A stretch of DNA of 64,000 nt from Chrysomallon squamiferum (Eukaryota > Animalia > Mollusca), in the NCBI GenBank assembly GCA_012295275.1, contig CM022672.1:22196001-22260000 (forward strand), read 5' to 3'. The notes under the pieces are model-generated. The model had not been told where the DNA came from and did not search any database. It saw nothing but the letters and a program-made list of their open reading frames with translations. Positions 27,593 to 41,571 of the stretch are shown one piece after another. The translations under genes and the position numbers were made by a program. The stretch's first letter is position 1. The number at the start of each line of letters is the position of its first letter.

Positions 27593-28329
27593 TGTACACC
27601 TACAGTTCATGAAACACAAATAAATATTTACGTTAGGCTTGACGTTTCTGTAATAAGTATTACTCACGCTGTGCTGTGTTCGTAAATAAATAAACGTAAT
27701 AAACGAGATACGTCGACGTATCTCCTCTTACCCAGAATCACATGACTTGCGACCTTTCCGCCGCTCGTAAATCCGAAACACACAAAGAAGAAATAAAATC
27801 TCTTTTCTTTTTCCCCTTTAATCCGTAACTTTGTAGCAAACATCTGAACGCATTATCCTATCGAAAACACTCATTGTTTCACAGTCATTAATTTTTATGT
27901 ATCCACGATTCGACTTTCAAATAACAATTTATTTGCTATGACTAACCAGGTAAAAAAAAAAAATTAAAAAAAAAAAAAAAATTATAAAAACATTATATAT
28001 CTATATATATAGATATATAACTGCTACAAAATAGAAGAATATAAAAAAGACAAAAAACAAATACAATTTACATATTCCAAAACGAAAACACGCGTCTACC
28101 TGGTGTTAAGTTAATGACAAAACAAAATACAGTTGACAGAAAGTTTTGCCGTTTTGAAAAAGGTGTATAAATCGATGAACGGAACGGAGGCTGGCTGAGG
28201 CTATCGGTAGCTGATTGGAGGTTACATTTCTGCTGGCCGCGTATTGTGTATCGACCCAAACTGTGCCCGTTGTGACAGACACTGTAAAAAGACGCGTTAT
28301 TGAAATGAAATAAAATAATTACTACCATG

Positions 28330-29130
28330 CACTGCTATTACTACTACTGTTGTTACTACTATTACCACTACTGATGATACTACTATTAGTACTACTGATG
28401 ATACTACTACTACTACTACTGCTGATCATGCACTACTACTACTACTGCTGATCGTACCACTACTACTACTACTGCTGATCATACTACTACTACTACTGCT
28501 GATGATACTACTACTACTTTTACTACTGTTGTTACTACTACTACTACTACTACTACTTCTACTACTATTGATGCTACTACTACTATTACTACTGCTGCTG
28601 CTACTACTATTACTACTACTGATGATACTACTATTACTACTGCTGATAATACTACTATTACTACTACTGATGATACTACTATTACTACTACTGACGATAC
28701 TACTATTACTACTGCTGATGATATTACTATTACTACTACTGATGCTACTACTATTACTACTGCTGATGATACTACTATTACTACGACTGATGATACTACT
28801 ATTACTACTACTGATGATACTACTATTACTACTGCTGATGCTACTACCATTACTACTGCTGATCATACCACTACTATTACTACTGCTGATGCTACTACTA
28901 TTACTACTGCTGATCATACCACTACTATTACTACTGCTGATGATACTACTATTACTACTACCGATGATATACTACTATTACTACTACTGATGATACTACT
29001 ATTACTACTGTTGTTACTACTACTATTACTACTTCTGCTACTACTATTACTACTGCTGCTACTACTACTATTACTACTTCTGGTACTACTACTGCTACTG
29101 CTTATTATTACTACTACTGATGCTACTACA
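28330..29130. repeat. (ACT)n-derived array with 24-bp higher-order unit
   Basis: GATGATACTACTATTACTACT(A/G)CT repeats in phase at 28621, 28645, 28669, 28693, 28717, 28741 and onward. Confidence 0.93.
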
Positions 29131-29333
29131 ACAATTACCACTACTTCTTCTATTGCTATTTGCTTTTACTGCAGCTATTGTAACGAATACTATTAATATT
29201 TCTACGACTACTACTACTACCATTGCGTTTAGTACTTTCGATACTGCTGCTGCTACTACTGATACTACTACTAATAATAAAGCTGTTATTTTGATAAAAG
29301 CATCGTTATCAACAACACAAAAACAACAACGAC

Positions 29334-29375
<42 letters not shown>

Positions 29376-30199
29376 CTCGAAGATTTTGATAATAACATAG
29401 GACATGAAGAAATTATGTATAAAAAAGGTTTAGTTAATGTATAATGAAAATAAAGAGCACATTTCTTTCTTTTTTTGCTGGGTAATTCTCTTTAACATAC
29501 TGAAAGATAAACGATATTTAAATTATTTAGTTTTTGGGGATTTGGTTTTTTTATTTATTTTTTTTTTTATTTTTTTTTTTATTATAATTTTATTATTATT
29601 TATTTTTTTTATTATTTTTTTTACTTATTATAATTTTATTATTATTATAATTTTTTTATTATTATTTTTTTTATTATTATTATTATTACTATCATTTTTT
29701 CATTTTAAAGAAAAAAAATTCTATATGGATATTCTAATATGCAACAAACCGCACATCACGGCCTTTATAAAAACCACTCGCCGAGCACTGTCTAGAACGG
29801 GACATACTGATCCTGTAAGCCGTCATGCATTGACTGCTGACCTGTACGGGCCTACCGTTTCCTGGTCGATAATGTCCCTTTAACAAGTAATCCTCAGAAA
29901 GGCGTGTTGCGGTGAAATGACTTTCTCCGTGCTGTCTGACTATGCTAGTAGTCACTGGGCGTGTTCTGACAGCAGGTGAGACTGTGTGGCAGTGACACTG
30001 ATGTTCCCAATTGATTATGTGTCAGGAAATTAACCCTTAAGCCGTGGGTCACCAGGTTTAAGTCGGTTCATTTTCACTCATTGTTTTCCGTGTTAGCTTG
30101 CAGTGGGGAAAAGATTTCATTGCACTTCAACCATCCCCTGATACAGCTACAGAGACCTTTGGTTTTAATTTTATATTGTTTTTTTTTTTTTTTTTTTTT

Positions 30200-30560
30200 T
30201 TTTGTTGATCTAAAGGTGTTTTTGAAGGGTTTTTTTATTTTTAATCTAGCGTTTCTGATTTTTATGATAGATTTTTTTTTTTTTTTCTAGAATAATTTTT
30301 TTTATCCGGATTTTTTTTTTTTTTTTTTTTATCTAGACTTTTTTTTATTCAGTCTATTGTTGTTTGTTTTGGTGTTGTTTTAATCAAGAGTTTATTTCAT
30401 TTTTTATCTAGACTTTTCTTATTTTTTAATCTAGACTTTTCTTTCTTTTTTTTTTCTAGACTTTAATTATTTTGATCTTTAGTCTAGGTAGTTCTTATGT
30501 TTAGATTAGTGGTTCTCATTTTTAATCTGAATTTTTTATCTTATATTAAATCTACAGATT
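30200..30560. repeat. Degenerate T-rich array with recurring (A)ATCTAGA core
   Basis: About ten variants (aatctagc, ttctagaa, atccggat, atctagac x3, atcaagag, ttctagac, gtctaggt) separated by variable poly-T. Confidence 0.65.
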
Positions 30561-31418
30561 CTTATTTTTAAGGTGCATTGGTGGTGGCTCGAAGAAAGCA
30601 TAAAAAAATGTTTTAATATAAACTACGTCAGGTGTCCAGTTACTCGCCGTTTCTAAGTAAAAGTGACTTTGGAAAATGCTAACGCCAAGAACTTTATATC
30701 TTTGTGACTTTCACACAGACAGATATTTTGTTGTCTCTAACCTGAACTATACTAGAAACATAGCAAGTTTGTCTGTCTCTACACAACAAATAACTTCACA
30801 CTACAGTTCGAACGAATGTTGCTGTCTTAAGTCCATCTACTCTAACTAGAGTAACACACGAAATACGTTACATCCTTACAATCGTATGTTCTAACTAGAC
30901 TTAATATAAAAAATAAAAAAAATGAAAAATAAATCGTAAAACTGTCATTATTTTTTAATAAAAATATTAACCGCTGGCGTCTGCTTTGAATCAATGTGCG
31001 AATCTATTTAAAAAAAGTTTTCGTTTCTAACTAGAACGATATGAAAACAGCCGAGAGCGCATTGTGACTCTTTGGGTAGAGTTGTTGATTTGCCCGAAAT
31101 GTTACAGGTATTAAAACGCAAGTACCAGTTTGTTGCTGCTTTTTTTTTCAACATTTGTTTACCCCACGTTTTTTTTTTTTTTTTTTTTTTTACAAGAAGT
31201 TTGTGTATTGCTACAAGTCTGACTGTACCCTTAGGGAAACACGAAGTACCTGCTGATCTTAAATATGACAATGAAATAACAAGTTTCGATATGTGTTTTA
31301 AGACTGCAGTATTACTAATTAAAGTTTAAAAAATTTTAATGGTTTTTTTTTTTTTTTTTTATTTTTTTTTTTTTGAAGGCCTAGAAAACTAACTTAGAAA
31401 GTCAGACAGAAACAGAAC

Positions 31419-31740
<322 letters not shown>

Positions 31741-32564
31741 ACCAGAAAAAAAAATCAGCTAAATTAATTTGACCGTACCGCACGTAGCACGACGCTGTCT
31801 CTAACTAATGCGACTGTTGAGAGTTTGTCGTGATGATAATTGTCAACACTTTGTACACTGTTTCATTGACTTCGTTAACTTCAGCTTCAGTCTGTCAAGT
31901 GTTTTTTTTTTCTCTCTGTATCTTCATCACGTCAGCCTTCAGATGGAGAAAACTACTTCACTTTTTCTGTTGTCGTTGTCGCTGATGGTGTGACAAACCA
32001 TCGCTGCTGACTTGGATTGCACTCATGTTTTACGTCGTTTGATTTTTTTGTGTGTGGGGTTTATTGTTTGTGTGTGTTAAAAAAAAAAAAAAAAAAAAAA
32101 TTTAAATCCTAATTGTTTATTTTCGACATGAAGTGATGATTTATGTGTCGTTTCCAAAAAAATAATTTGATTTTCCACAGAATGCGGCTAAGAAAAGAGG
32201 TTATTAAGTTTTTATACATGTCCGTACAGCAACACAATTATTAGACATGCGAAAATGGATTGTTAAAATGGATTTTGCCACGTTCGTTGTTTCGATTACA
32301 TTAAGTAAGGATAGGATGAAAAAAAAAAAAAAAAAAGGCTGGTTGATTAATTTTTATGTAGACTATTATCAGTGGTTGAATCACTAACTAATACAGAGAC
32401 TAGATTTAATGCTAACTAGGTGATTACGTTATTAAATTATAAACGTTTCAGTTTTGCAGAGTTTATTCATAGGAAAACTCACATAAAGCTAACTTCAACT
32501 TCGGTTAGTTGACTGATTCTGTTAACTTATAGACAGACTAGCGTCACTACTTATTAGTTACATT

Positions 32565-32892
32565 AGTAATAGTGTAGTAGTAGTAACAGTAGTAGTAGTA
32601 GTAGTAGTAATAGTAATAAAGTAGTAGTAGTAGTAACAGTAATAGTATAGTAGTAGTAGTAGTAGTAGTAGCAACAGTAATAAAGTAGTAGTAGTAACAG
32701 CAATGGTAGCAGTAGTAGCAACAGTAATAATAGTAGTAGTAGTAGTAACAGTAATAGTAGCAGTAGTTGTAGTAGTAGTAGTAGTAACAGTAATAGTAGC
32801 AGTAGTAGTAACAGTAATAATAGTAGTAGTAGTAGTAGTAGTAGTAGTAATATTAGTAGTAGTAACAGTAATATTAGTAGTAGTAACAGTAA

Positions 32893-32945
<53 letters not shown>

Positions 32946-32968
32946 ATATTAGTAGTAGTAACAGTACT
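32565..32968. repeat. (AGT)n degenerate trinucleotide array
   Basis: AGT repeats with periodic AAC/AAT interruptions. Confidence 0.95.
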
Positions 32969-33466
32969 AGAGGTAAGAGAAAGAATTAATAACTTTTCTT
33001 CGTCCCTCTCTTTCTCTTTCTCTTTCTGTGTTTCTCTCTCTATCTGTGTATCTCTCTTTCTCTCACTCGCTCCATTACCTTTCTTCTGTCTATAAAATAA
33101 CCCGTTATGACACGCTAAGTTTTTTTTTTTCTTTTCTTTTCTTTCGTTTTTTCTACGCTTTCAATCTTTATGAAAAATAACGAAATTAATTACATGTCTG
33201 CATGATCGCTCGCTGCGTTTGTATTTTCCCGTGAAAACTGACTTCTGTTTCAACTCCGCCCGTACCTGGCGCACAAAGACTGCAGTCACGGATACTAAAC
33301 ACGTGATATGCACCACAAAAGGATACTGCGAGTCTGTTTCCGGTAAGATAATGTTTTGAAAAGCGTAATTTGCGAACGACATTGATTAAATGCTGACTTC
33401 ACTGACTTGAAGCCCTGATGTGCGGAGAAACACAAAAGTGTGCAACCAAATCTGGTTTGAGAAATC

Positions 33467-33601
<135 letters not shown>

Positions 33602-34376
33602 CTGACGAAAGCGATATTTTCCATCAAATGGGGTGGAATATAATTATTCTAGTGTTAGCTGACAACTGCGAAAATGATAGAAAATGATGACGCTGATCGT
33701 GAAAGTCGTGTTGGTGGTGATGATGATGCTTAAGAAGAAAAAGCAAAAATAGAAGCTGATGATGATTAGAACAGTGCTCATCATGTTGTTGATGATGACT
33801 GGAACAAAAATTTTTAATATTCAAATAATTATCTGTCTTGTGTAAGTATCTTTTATATAGTAGCAGTAGTTATTTGATCGTAGTATCTGCAACAGTGGTA
33901 ATAATAGTTGTCTGGTAATAATAACAACAACAACAATAGAAACAACAGCATTTGCAACTGTAGGAACATCGATAATTGCAAGATAGCTGTAACAGTAATA
34001 ACATCAGCAGCAGTCTTGTTTTCTTTCATCTCACTATTAAAAGTAGTCACCATTATGGCTACATAAGATAAAGATGACATTAAAGGAATTTCACAAAGGT
34101 AAAACATTAAAGGGATTTTCCACAGTGTTTGATCCAAACATCCAACGAAGCATTACGAACAGTACCTATGATAACAAACATCCAGTATCAAACGCATGAT
34201 ATCTACTCCAGTATACAACGCTAAAAAGACACCGAGGCAAAATTTTGCTAATTGGACGCTAGACTACTTCTTTTGTCAGAACTATGGTACCAAGGTGACA
34301 CTCCTCTTCTTCAAACATGTCCTTGTCGGTGGTCATCGGCTAACTGTAGAGCTTTCAGCGGTGACACACGATTACC

Positions 34377-34603
34377 GAGGATTAATGAACTGAATCCAGA
34401 TCCGGTTTCGTTGGTCTATAGACTGGACAAGGACATAGCGGATCTATTTTAACGAGGATTAATAAGCCGAAACCAGATCCGGTTTCATTTGTCTGCATTT
34501 TGAACAAAGGACCCACATAATCTGTTTTAAGGTGGTTTAATAAACTCAAACCGCATCTGGTTGTATCAGTCTACATATCGGATAAATACGGAGTTAATCT
34601 TTT
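34377..34603. repeat. Diverged tandem triplication, 77-78 bp unit
   Basis: Units at 34377, 34454 and 34532 share GAGGATTAAT..CCAGATCCGGTTTC..GTCT..ATCT.TTTT. The third copy is the most diverged. Confidence 0.85.
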
Positions 34604-35168
34604 TCTTTGTCTTCTCCTTTTTAAAAAAAAAAATCGGGAAGTAATAGATTTTAGAATTCTTGTTATTGTCTTATTAACCCTGCTGAACTGGGTTAAGCAG
34701 AAACTAAAGCTAGTATTGAAATATTTGATTTGTATTTCAGAGATCATTTGTTTATTACTGTCAAAAATGTTTTCACAGACAAAGACATTAGCTGTCAGGA
34801 ATAAATTCAGATATTATTATAACAAGGAATTTGGTATTTGCAGATATATTGACATTTATCTTCTGTCTCTGCGACTATCTATAATTCTAATGTGATATTT
34901 TGATTACTGTATATCTATGTCATGGTTAAACAGTTTCACAGATATTAGGCACAGTAATACGCAGTCCCCGCATCAGCCGATTTTGTCGCCTTCATTGAGT
35001 AACAAGCACTATTATCAGAGTTATTTCGGTAAGAAACACATTATTTAATGGCTATGACTGGTGTTTTATTAAAGTATATACAGTATGCAAATGAATTCCG
35101 TTTCATAAAATGAAAAAGGTTTTAGGAAGGTGCAAAATAGTAACAACAACAACAACAACAACAACAAC

Positions 35169-35202
<34 letters not shown>

Positions 35203-36536
35203 GCAATAACTGAAATACTGCAACTACTACTACTACTACCACTACGACTACAAGAAAACAAATGAAATTAAACTGCTTACTTGCATAATAAACATAAGAA
35301 AGCTATCAAACGCCATATAATACCCTAACTGATATTAGTAAGCCAGCATAAGGATATTTTATTGTAGCACCTTCCCATAAACAGGAAAGCACTTCCTTGC
35401 ATAAAACAACCATTCAGCACTGGTTAAAAGAAGCATCGAGAACAACAAAAATAACAGTTGTCATAATAACAGATAATAACAATAATCCTAATAAATATGT
35501 AAATATTCCATTAATAGCAATAAATATTTATGAGAAGGGAGATTCTTTCTTTGAGGTAAACACAGCAATTTTTTTTTTCCCGGCGACGATAAATCATAAA
35601 TTATGACAATAAATCAGATCGCTGCTTAACATCAGCGATGTTCGTATAATCAACCAGCGATTCTTATGTTTATTAGTTATTTTATTATGAACTTCTCTGA
35701 TATTGTTATTATTATTATTTTGAAAAGGCTATGATTGATTGTGGTAAAATGAATCGTATGTTTCAGACGAAAAAAAAAAAAAAAAAAAAAAAAATTTACG
35801 AAGGTTTGGGGTGTTTTTTTTATTTATATATTTGCTACTACTGCTAACTCTACCGCTACCACCAGAACCATAACCACTACCACTACTACTACTACTACTA
35901 TACTACTAGTACTATTTTCTACTACTGCTACTGCTGCTACTACTACTACTACTATTATTATTGTCGTTATTATTATTTTTGTTTATGTTGGTGTTGTTGT
36001 TGTTCTTGTTCTTCTTCTTCTTATTATTATTATTATTATTATTATTTCGTTTTTATTTTATTTTACTTCATTTTATTTGTTTTAAATTTAAAATATATGT
36101 ATATATATACATTTTTTTTTCCTTTTTGTTTACTTTCTTGTTTTCAAAATTCTCCTAATTCACAGTTTCGAATAATATTTAAGACAAAATTCAGCTGAAA
36201 ACATTTTGCAGTACGTCTAACACGAATGCTGTCTCCCATCGCAAAGTATCGGGTAATTTTGTGTAAAAATATGGTAACCGAAGTCAGTGTCTGTTTATCC
36301 CAACACGAAACATTTGACCTTCCCAGATGTCACATTAGTGAGAAAAAGGGGAGTGATAACGTAGTTATTAGATGCTAGAGTGCAGCTACCTTCACGAGTC
36401 GTTCTAAGATAACATCAGTGACAGCTCCAGGAGTTCATGACGTGGGTAGCAGTGTCAGGCGATCTAGAATGTCTTCGATTTAGTGGTGAAAATAGAGTTT
36501 GTAATGTTGATATACGGTTACATACAAAGATTTAGA

Positions 36537-36558
36537 CATGCATATAACATACATACGC

Positions 36559-36591
<33 letters not shown>

Positions 36592-36730
36592 CATACATAC
36601 ATATATACATACATACATACATATATATACATACATAGATACATACTTACATACATACATATACATATATACATATCTACGTACACACACACTTACAAAA
36701 ATACATACATATATACATACATTCATACAT
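36537..36730. repeat. (ACAT)n microsatellite
   Basis: Directly visible. An opposite-orientation (ATGT)n lies at ~37040-37150. Confidence 0.93.
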
Positions 36731-38276
36731 AGTGAGACACCTAGCCCATCCATTCAACACACACACACACACACACGTACACACATACACACTGTTTTCT
36801 GTGTGTGTGTGTGTGTTTCGTTGGTTGGTGCTTGTTTTTAATAACGAAATTTATCAACATAACTATTTAGCAATTTGTGTATACAGACTATGTTACTAAC
36901 TCCAAATTTCGAACACTTGTACAAACATATAAATAGTCTTAACAGACTACCTCTGAAGATCTGATCCTGTACTGTTCTCTATTCAAAACAGTTACTGTAC
37001 GATGTTGTACTTCTGTTTTATTTCCAAGTTTCTTGTTGTATGTATATAAGTATGTGTGCTTAGATGTATGTATGTATGTATGTATGTATGTATGTATGTA
37101 TATATATATATGTATCTATGTATGTTTGTATGTATGTATGTATATATGTATGGATAGATGAGTGAATTTATGGGTAGATGGATGTATGGAGGTGTATATG
37201 TATAAACTATTTGATAAATTTGTTATTATTTTTGTTTATGCAGATTAAGCAACAATGAACACATTTAAGAAAAAATTTAAGAAATCGACCGGTTTGTAAT
37301 CCGGACACTTCCTACAGATACCTACGATTTATAGAAATTCTGAATTAATTTTAAGAAGCACACACTTACCTTTACTTTCATGAACGTTCTTTATCCACGG
37401 AAAGGTAAATCCAGTACGAAATATAAAAAGTAGAAAAGTAAATCCATGACACAAAGCAAAGACACTAAACTCATGTTGCTACGTAAATGCTTTGTTCTGA
37501 CGTAATAACGTATAACCTTTGACCTTATACGTAAACATACGAAGTTATTTATTTTTATTTTTTTTTATTATTATTATTTTACGGTTATTATTTAATTTCA
37601 TTTTTAAAGCAATATTAATATTGATTTATTTTTGTTACATATATTATTTATTTATTAATTTTTACCTTTCAGTCTTCGTCACTTTTATTTATTGTAGAAA
37701 TTATTACGGAAACGAACGATATGGCTATAATTAGATTATCATTTACATTTAATGGCTGTTGCAATAATCAGTTTGATGTGGTTTTCTCTTGTTATATACC
37801 ATTTCTCATTCATTATTGTTAGCATTTTTTTGTTGTTGTTATATTCTTCTAACCCATAGTACTAACAGTAACAGTAGTACAAGTAATAATAACAGCAATC
37901 GAGCAATAGTAGTAGTAGTAGTAGTAATAGCAACAACAGCAGCAGAAGTAGTAGTAGTTGTTGTAATGTTTATGCAGATTTTGAGGATGTTTATAGTAAT
38001 AATGAAGACGTGATCACAACAAATATTAGAAGTAGTTGTTGTAGTAATTGAATTAGTAGTAGTAGCAGTAGTAGTAATGATTATGATAATGTGAAGGATG
38101 ATTATAACATTAAAAATGATGGTAATCATGACTATGGGGTAGTGATGATTATGGTAACGACGGTAACGACAACAACTAGTGATGATTATGGTAATGACGG
38201 CAACGACAACAACAACCATAATTAATAACAAGCATCACGGCTAAATAGTCATAACATTTATAACTTCATACCTGAA

Positions 38277-38326
<50 letters not shown>

Positions 38327-38773
38327 CACCATCATCATCATCATCATCATCGTCATCATTTTCTTAAAATATTATTCTGTGTGACGCACCTTTTATACCG
38401 ATCAGATACAAAGCCATATAGGAGTGTGCTAAGCAAGTCGGTTATAAATCATAACGTAATCTGGTCGAAATATACCTGTTATAATTCGCTCAAATATGCC
38501 AGCCACGGTTTCGATTTTCCATTACTGGAATCCGGCTTTCAAAGGCTTTCTACTGGAAAAACACAGTTTATGCTGAAAAGAAAGTTTTTTATTCTCCAAT
38601 CAAAGTTTAACCGAGTATTAAGATATTGTTTGTCAATCCATCGTTCTGGGCTGGACGATATCAACAGAAGAAAAAAAAAAAAACAGATTTTATTTTATTA
38701 GAAAATGGCATGCATGAAAGATTGTTAATTTTATTATGCATCTGCATTGTATATTATGCGCTTTTGTGTATGG

Positions 38774-38842
<69 letters not shown>

Positions 38843-39898
38843 AATGTTGTTATTATTATTATTATTATTGTTATTATTATTATTAAAATAATACCAGCGC
38901 TAATACGAAATTTTTTTTTTGCAAAAATTTTTTTGTGTTTCTGTTCCTGCTTATCCAGAAAACCGAGTTGAGAAGTGTTTCAATCTGTATGTGTTAGATA
39001 CAGTTTCATTCTTTGCGTTTTATTGCTTATTTTTATAGTTTAGCTACATATTAAGCTGGAAAATCCAGAAATATGGATCATCTCCAATCCCAAATGGTCT
39101 AGAACGCGTATTATTTTTATTTTATTTTTTTATTATTTTGTTCAGATTTTTGTTGCACACTTTACTGCTTGTTACAATCATATTTTCTGTGATCTTTTTT
39201 ATTTTTTTATTATTATTTATTTTTTCTGGTTTTTATTTCCTCTTAGAATATGTTGTTTGGAATATATAGATTTTTGTTTTCTGTCGTGACGGAATTTTTT
39301 ATTTTTTATATTTATTATTATTATTGTTTTGTTTTTTTTGTTTTGGGGTTTTTTTTACAGTGAGTTTTGTGCGATCAATTTTATTTTTATTTGTTTAGTT
39401 ATTCTAAGAATATTTTCGGGGATGGGGAAGTTACTGTTGTTTGGCTTTTTGCTGTTGTTATTTTGTTGTTGCTATTTTTGTTGTTGTTGTTGTTTTAATT
39501 TTTGTGACTTTTTTATTATTATCATCATCATTATCTCCCTTTTTTTTCTTATTAATTTTTTATATCATTATTTTTTATTATATTCTCCTCTTATTTCTCT
39601 TTTTTTTTTTATTTTTTTTTTTTTTTTTCTTCTTCTTCTTTTCACTTTCGCGTGACAAAGACGGAAGCTCCGCTGTGTTTATTAGCTACAAAGAAATATA
39701 TTTATATTTGGTAAATGCGTTTTGAAGACGCAATTATGGTCATTTTAACGCTATAGAATTGCGAGTGGCACTATTGATTCTTGCGGCGGCTGGTGTTTGT
39801 GGGGCCCCTCACAGGACGAGAGTTCTTCAACGCTTGGCGTGTTTGAAGCCAGCAAGCTGAGCAAACCTCTTCCACACAGCTCAATACAGCTGGTTCTC

Positions 39899-40102
39899 AC
39901 TGCTCGTGTTTTTAGTGTTCCGATCAAAAACTTAATATTTAGGCTTCTTTTACTGCTCGTGTTTTTAGTGTTCCGATCAAAAACTTAATATTTAGGCTTC
40001 TTTTACTGCTCGTGTTTTTAGTGTTCCGATCAAAAACTTAATATTTAGGCTTCTTTTACTGCTCGTGTTTTTAGTGCTCCGATCAAAAACTTAATATTTA
40101 GG
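39899..40102. repeat. Near-perfect 53-bp minisatellite, 3.8 copies
   Basis: ACTGCTCGTGTTTTTAGTGTTCCGATCAAAAACTTAATATTTAGGCTTCTTTT at 39899, 39952, 40005 and 40058. Copy 4 has one substitution. There are no spacers. Confidence 0.97.
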
Positions 40103-40774
40103 GATTTCGTGAGTTTCGGATCAATGGCTTATGACAATGATATTTATAATAAAACTGAATCTTGATACCTTTTCGACATAGCTTACTATAACGATAATTG
40201 GTATTTAATGTTCGGGTAATTCAGTGAGATTATGACAGTAATATTGTATGTTGATGCAATGAATAGGGATAAAGATGATAAAAATATTTTGCAATAAAAA
40301 CTATTATTTAGGAATTTCGCCAATTTACTTCAGTGATAAGAGATAAAGAAAGTAAAAACATTATACTATATAAACTAGTACTTAGGAATTTCATAATTTC
40401 AGTTAACTGGGTACGACAGTAACATCTTGATATAATGAATAGAAATAACGATAGAAAAAAAATATTTTGTTATAAAAACTAGTATTTAAGAATTTCACAC
40501 AAAACTAAATCATGATACGCTGATTTAAGGTACTTTTCGCCATAGCTTACTTGAATATATATTTCAACAAACGATTTTTGTTTCTAAAATAAAAATATCC
40601 ATGGATTATATAATTAAGGGTGCTTTCTTCGTGCGCACCCGTCTCGTCATCTTCCGCGTACGTTAAATTCCTCAGCAAACCAGTCCAGTAAATCTCCGCA
40701 AGTCTTTTAAAGCATGATGCATTTCTCATTAATTCGATACCGTCGAAAGATCGCTGGCGTTCATTCTGGCAGCA

Positions 40775-40796
40775 TGAGTCACAGTGACGTCAGCTG
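40775..40796. promoter_or_regulatory. Composite AP-1 / CRE / E-box motif
   Basis: TGAGTCA (40775-40781), TGACGTCA (40785-40792) and CAGCTG (40791-40796) fall within 22 bp of a CpG-rich island. Motif match only. Confidence 0.4.
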
Positions 40797-41539
40797 GGTA
40801 GAATGGGAAGGATGTGACTGTGTTTTAAAGCTAATTGTTTTCAAATTTAACCATTGTAGGCTTGTGTTGAAGAAACCTCTACAGTTACTCTGTTTGAAGT
40901 TTAGCTAGACCGAGAGGTTTTCCGTGATCGCAAACCAATTTGTACGTGCGTGTAACTGTGGAGCTGATCAAAGTTACGAAACAGACGTAAGTCTGAAGGT
41001 TAACATCGCCGTACTGCTAAATTTGGTGACGTTAAAGAAACCAGTTGGAGATCAGAAATCTTGTTTTCTTCCGGTTCAATCTCACCGGGATTTCACGATG
41101 TTTCTATTTACGGAAATAAAAGCGCTTCAGTTTTTTTTTTTTTTTTTTTTTTCTCATTTTCATTCACTGTTATATTTCTTTTCTGTTAAATATATTTATT
41201 CTGTTGTTGTTGTTCGTTTTTGTTTCTTTTTTTTTTTCTTTTTTTTTTTTTTTGTGTTTTGTGTGTGTGTGTGTTTGTTTTTTGTGTTTACTGTGAAGGG
41301 GGTTTTGTGTTTTTTGTTATTCTGTTTTTCTTCTTTCAGTGTTTTCCTCGTTTGCATTAATGATTGTGATGCTTATTATTATCATCATCATCATCATTAT
41401 TATTATCATTATTAATATTACTATTATTATTATAATTATTATCATCATCATCATCATCATCATTATCTTGCTTAGTTTTCATTTCTGTAATTATTATTAT
41501 TTTTTTTTTTATTTTTTTTTATTTGTTCGTTGTTGTTTT

Positions 41540-41571
<32 letters not shown>

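Noticed and set aside
39899-40102. Possible CRISPR array
   Set aside because: The units are head-to-tail with no unique spacers. The context is eukaryotic and there are no cas genes.
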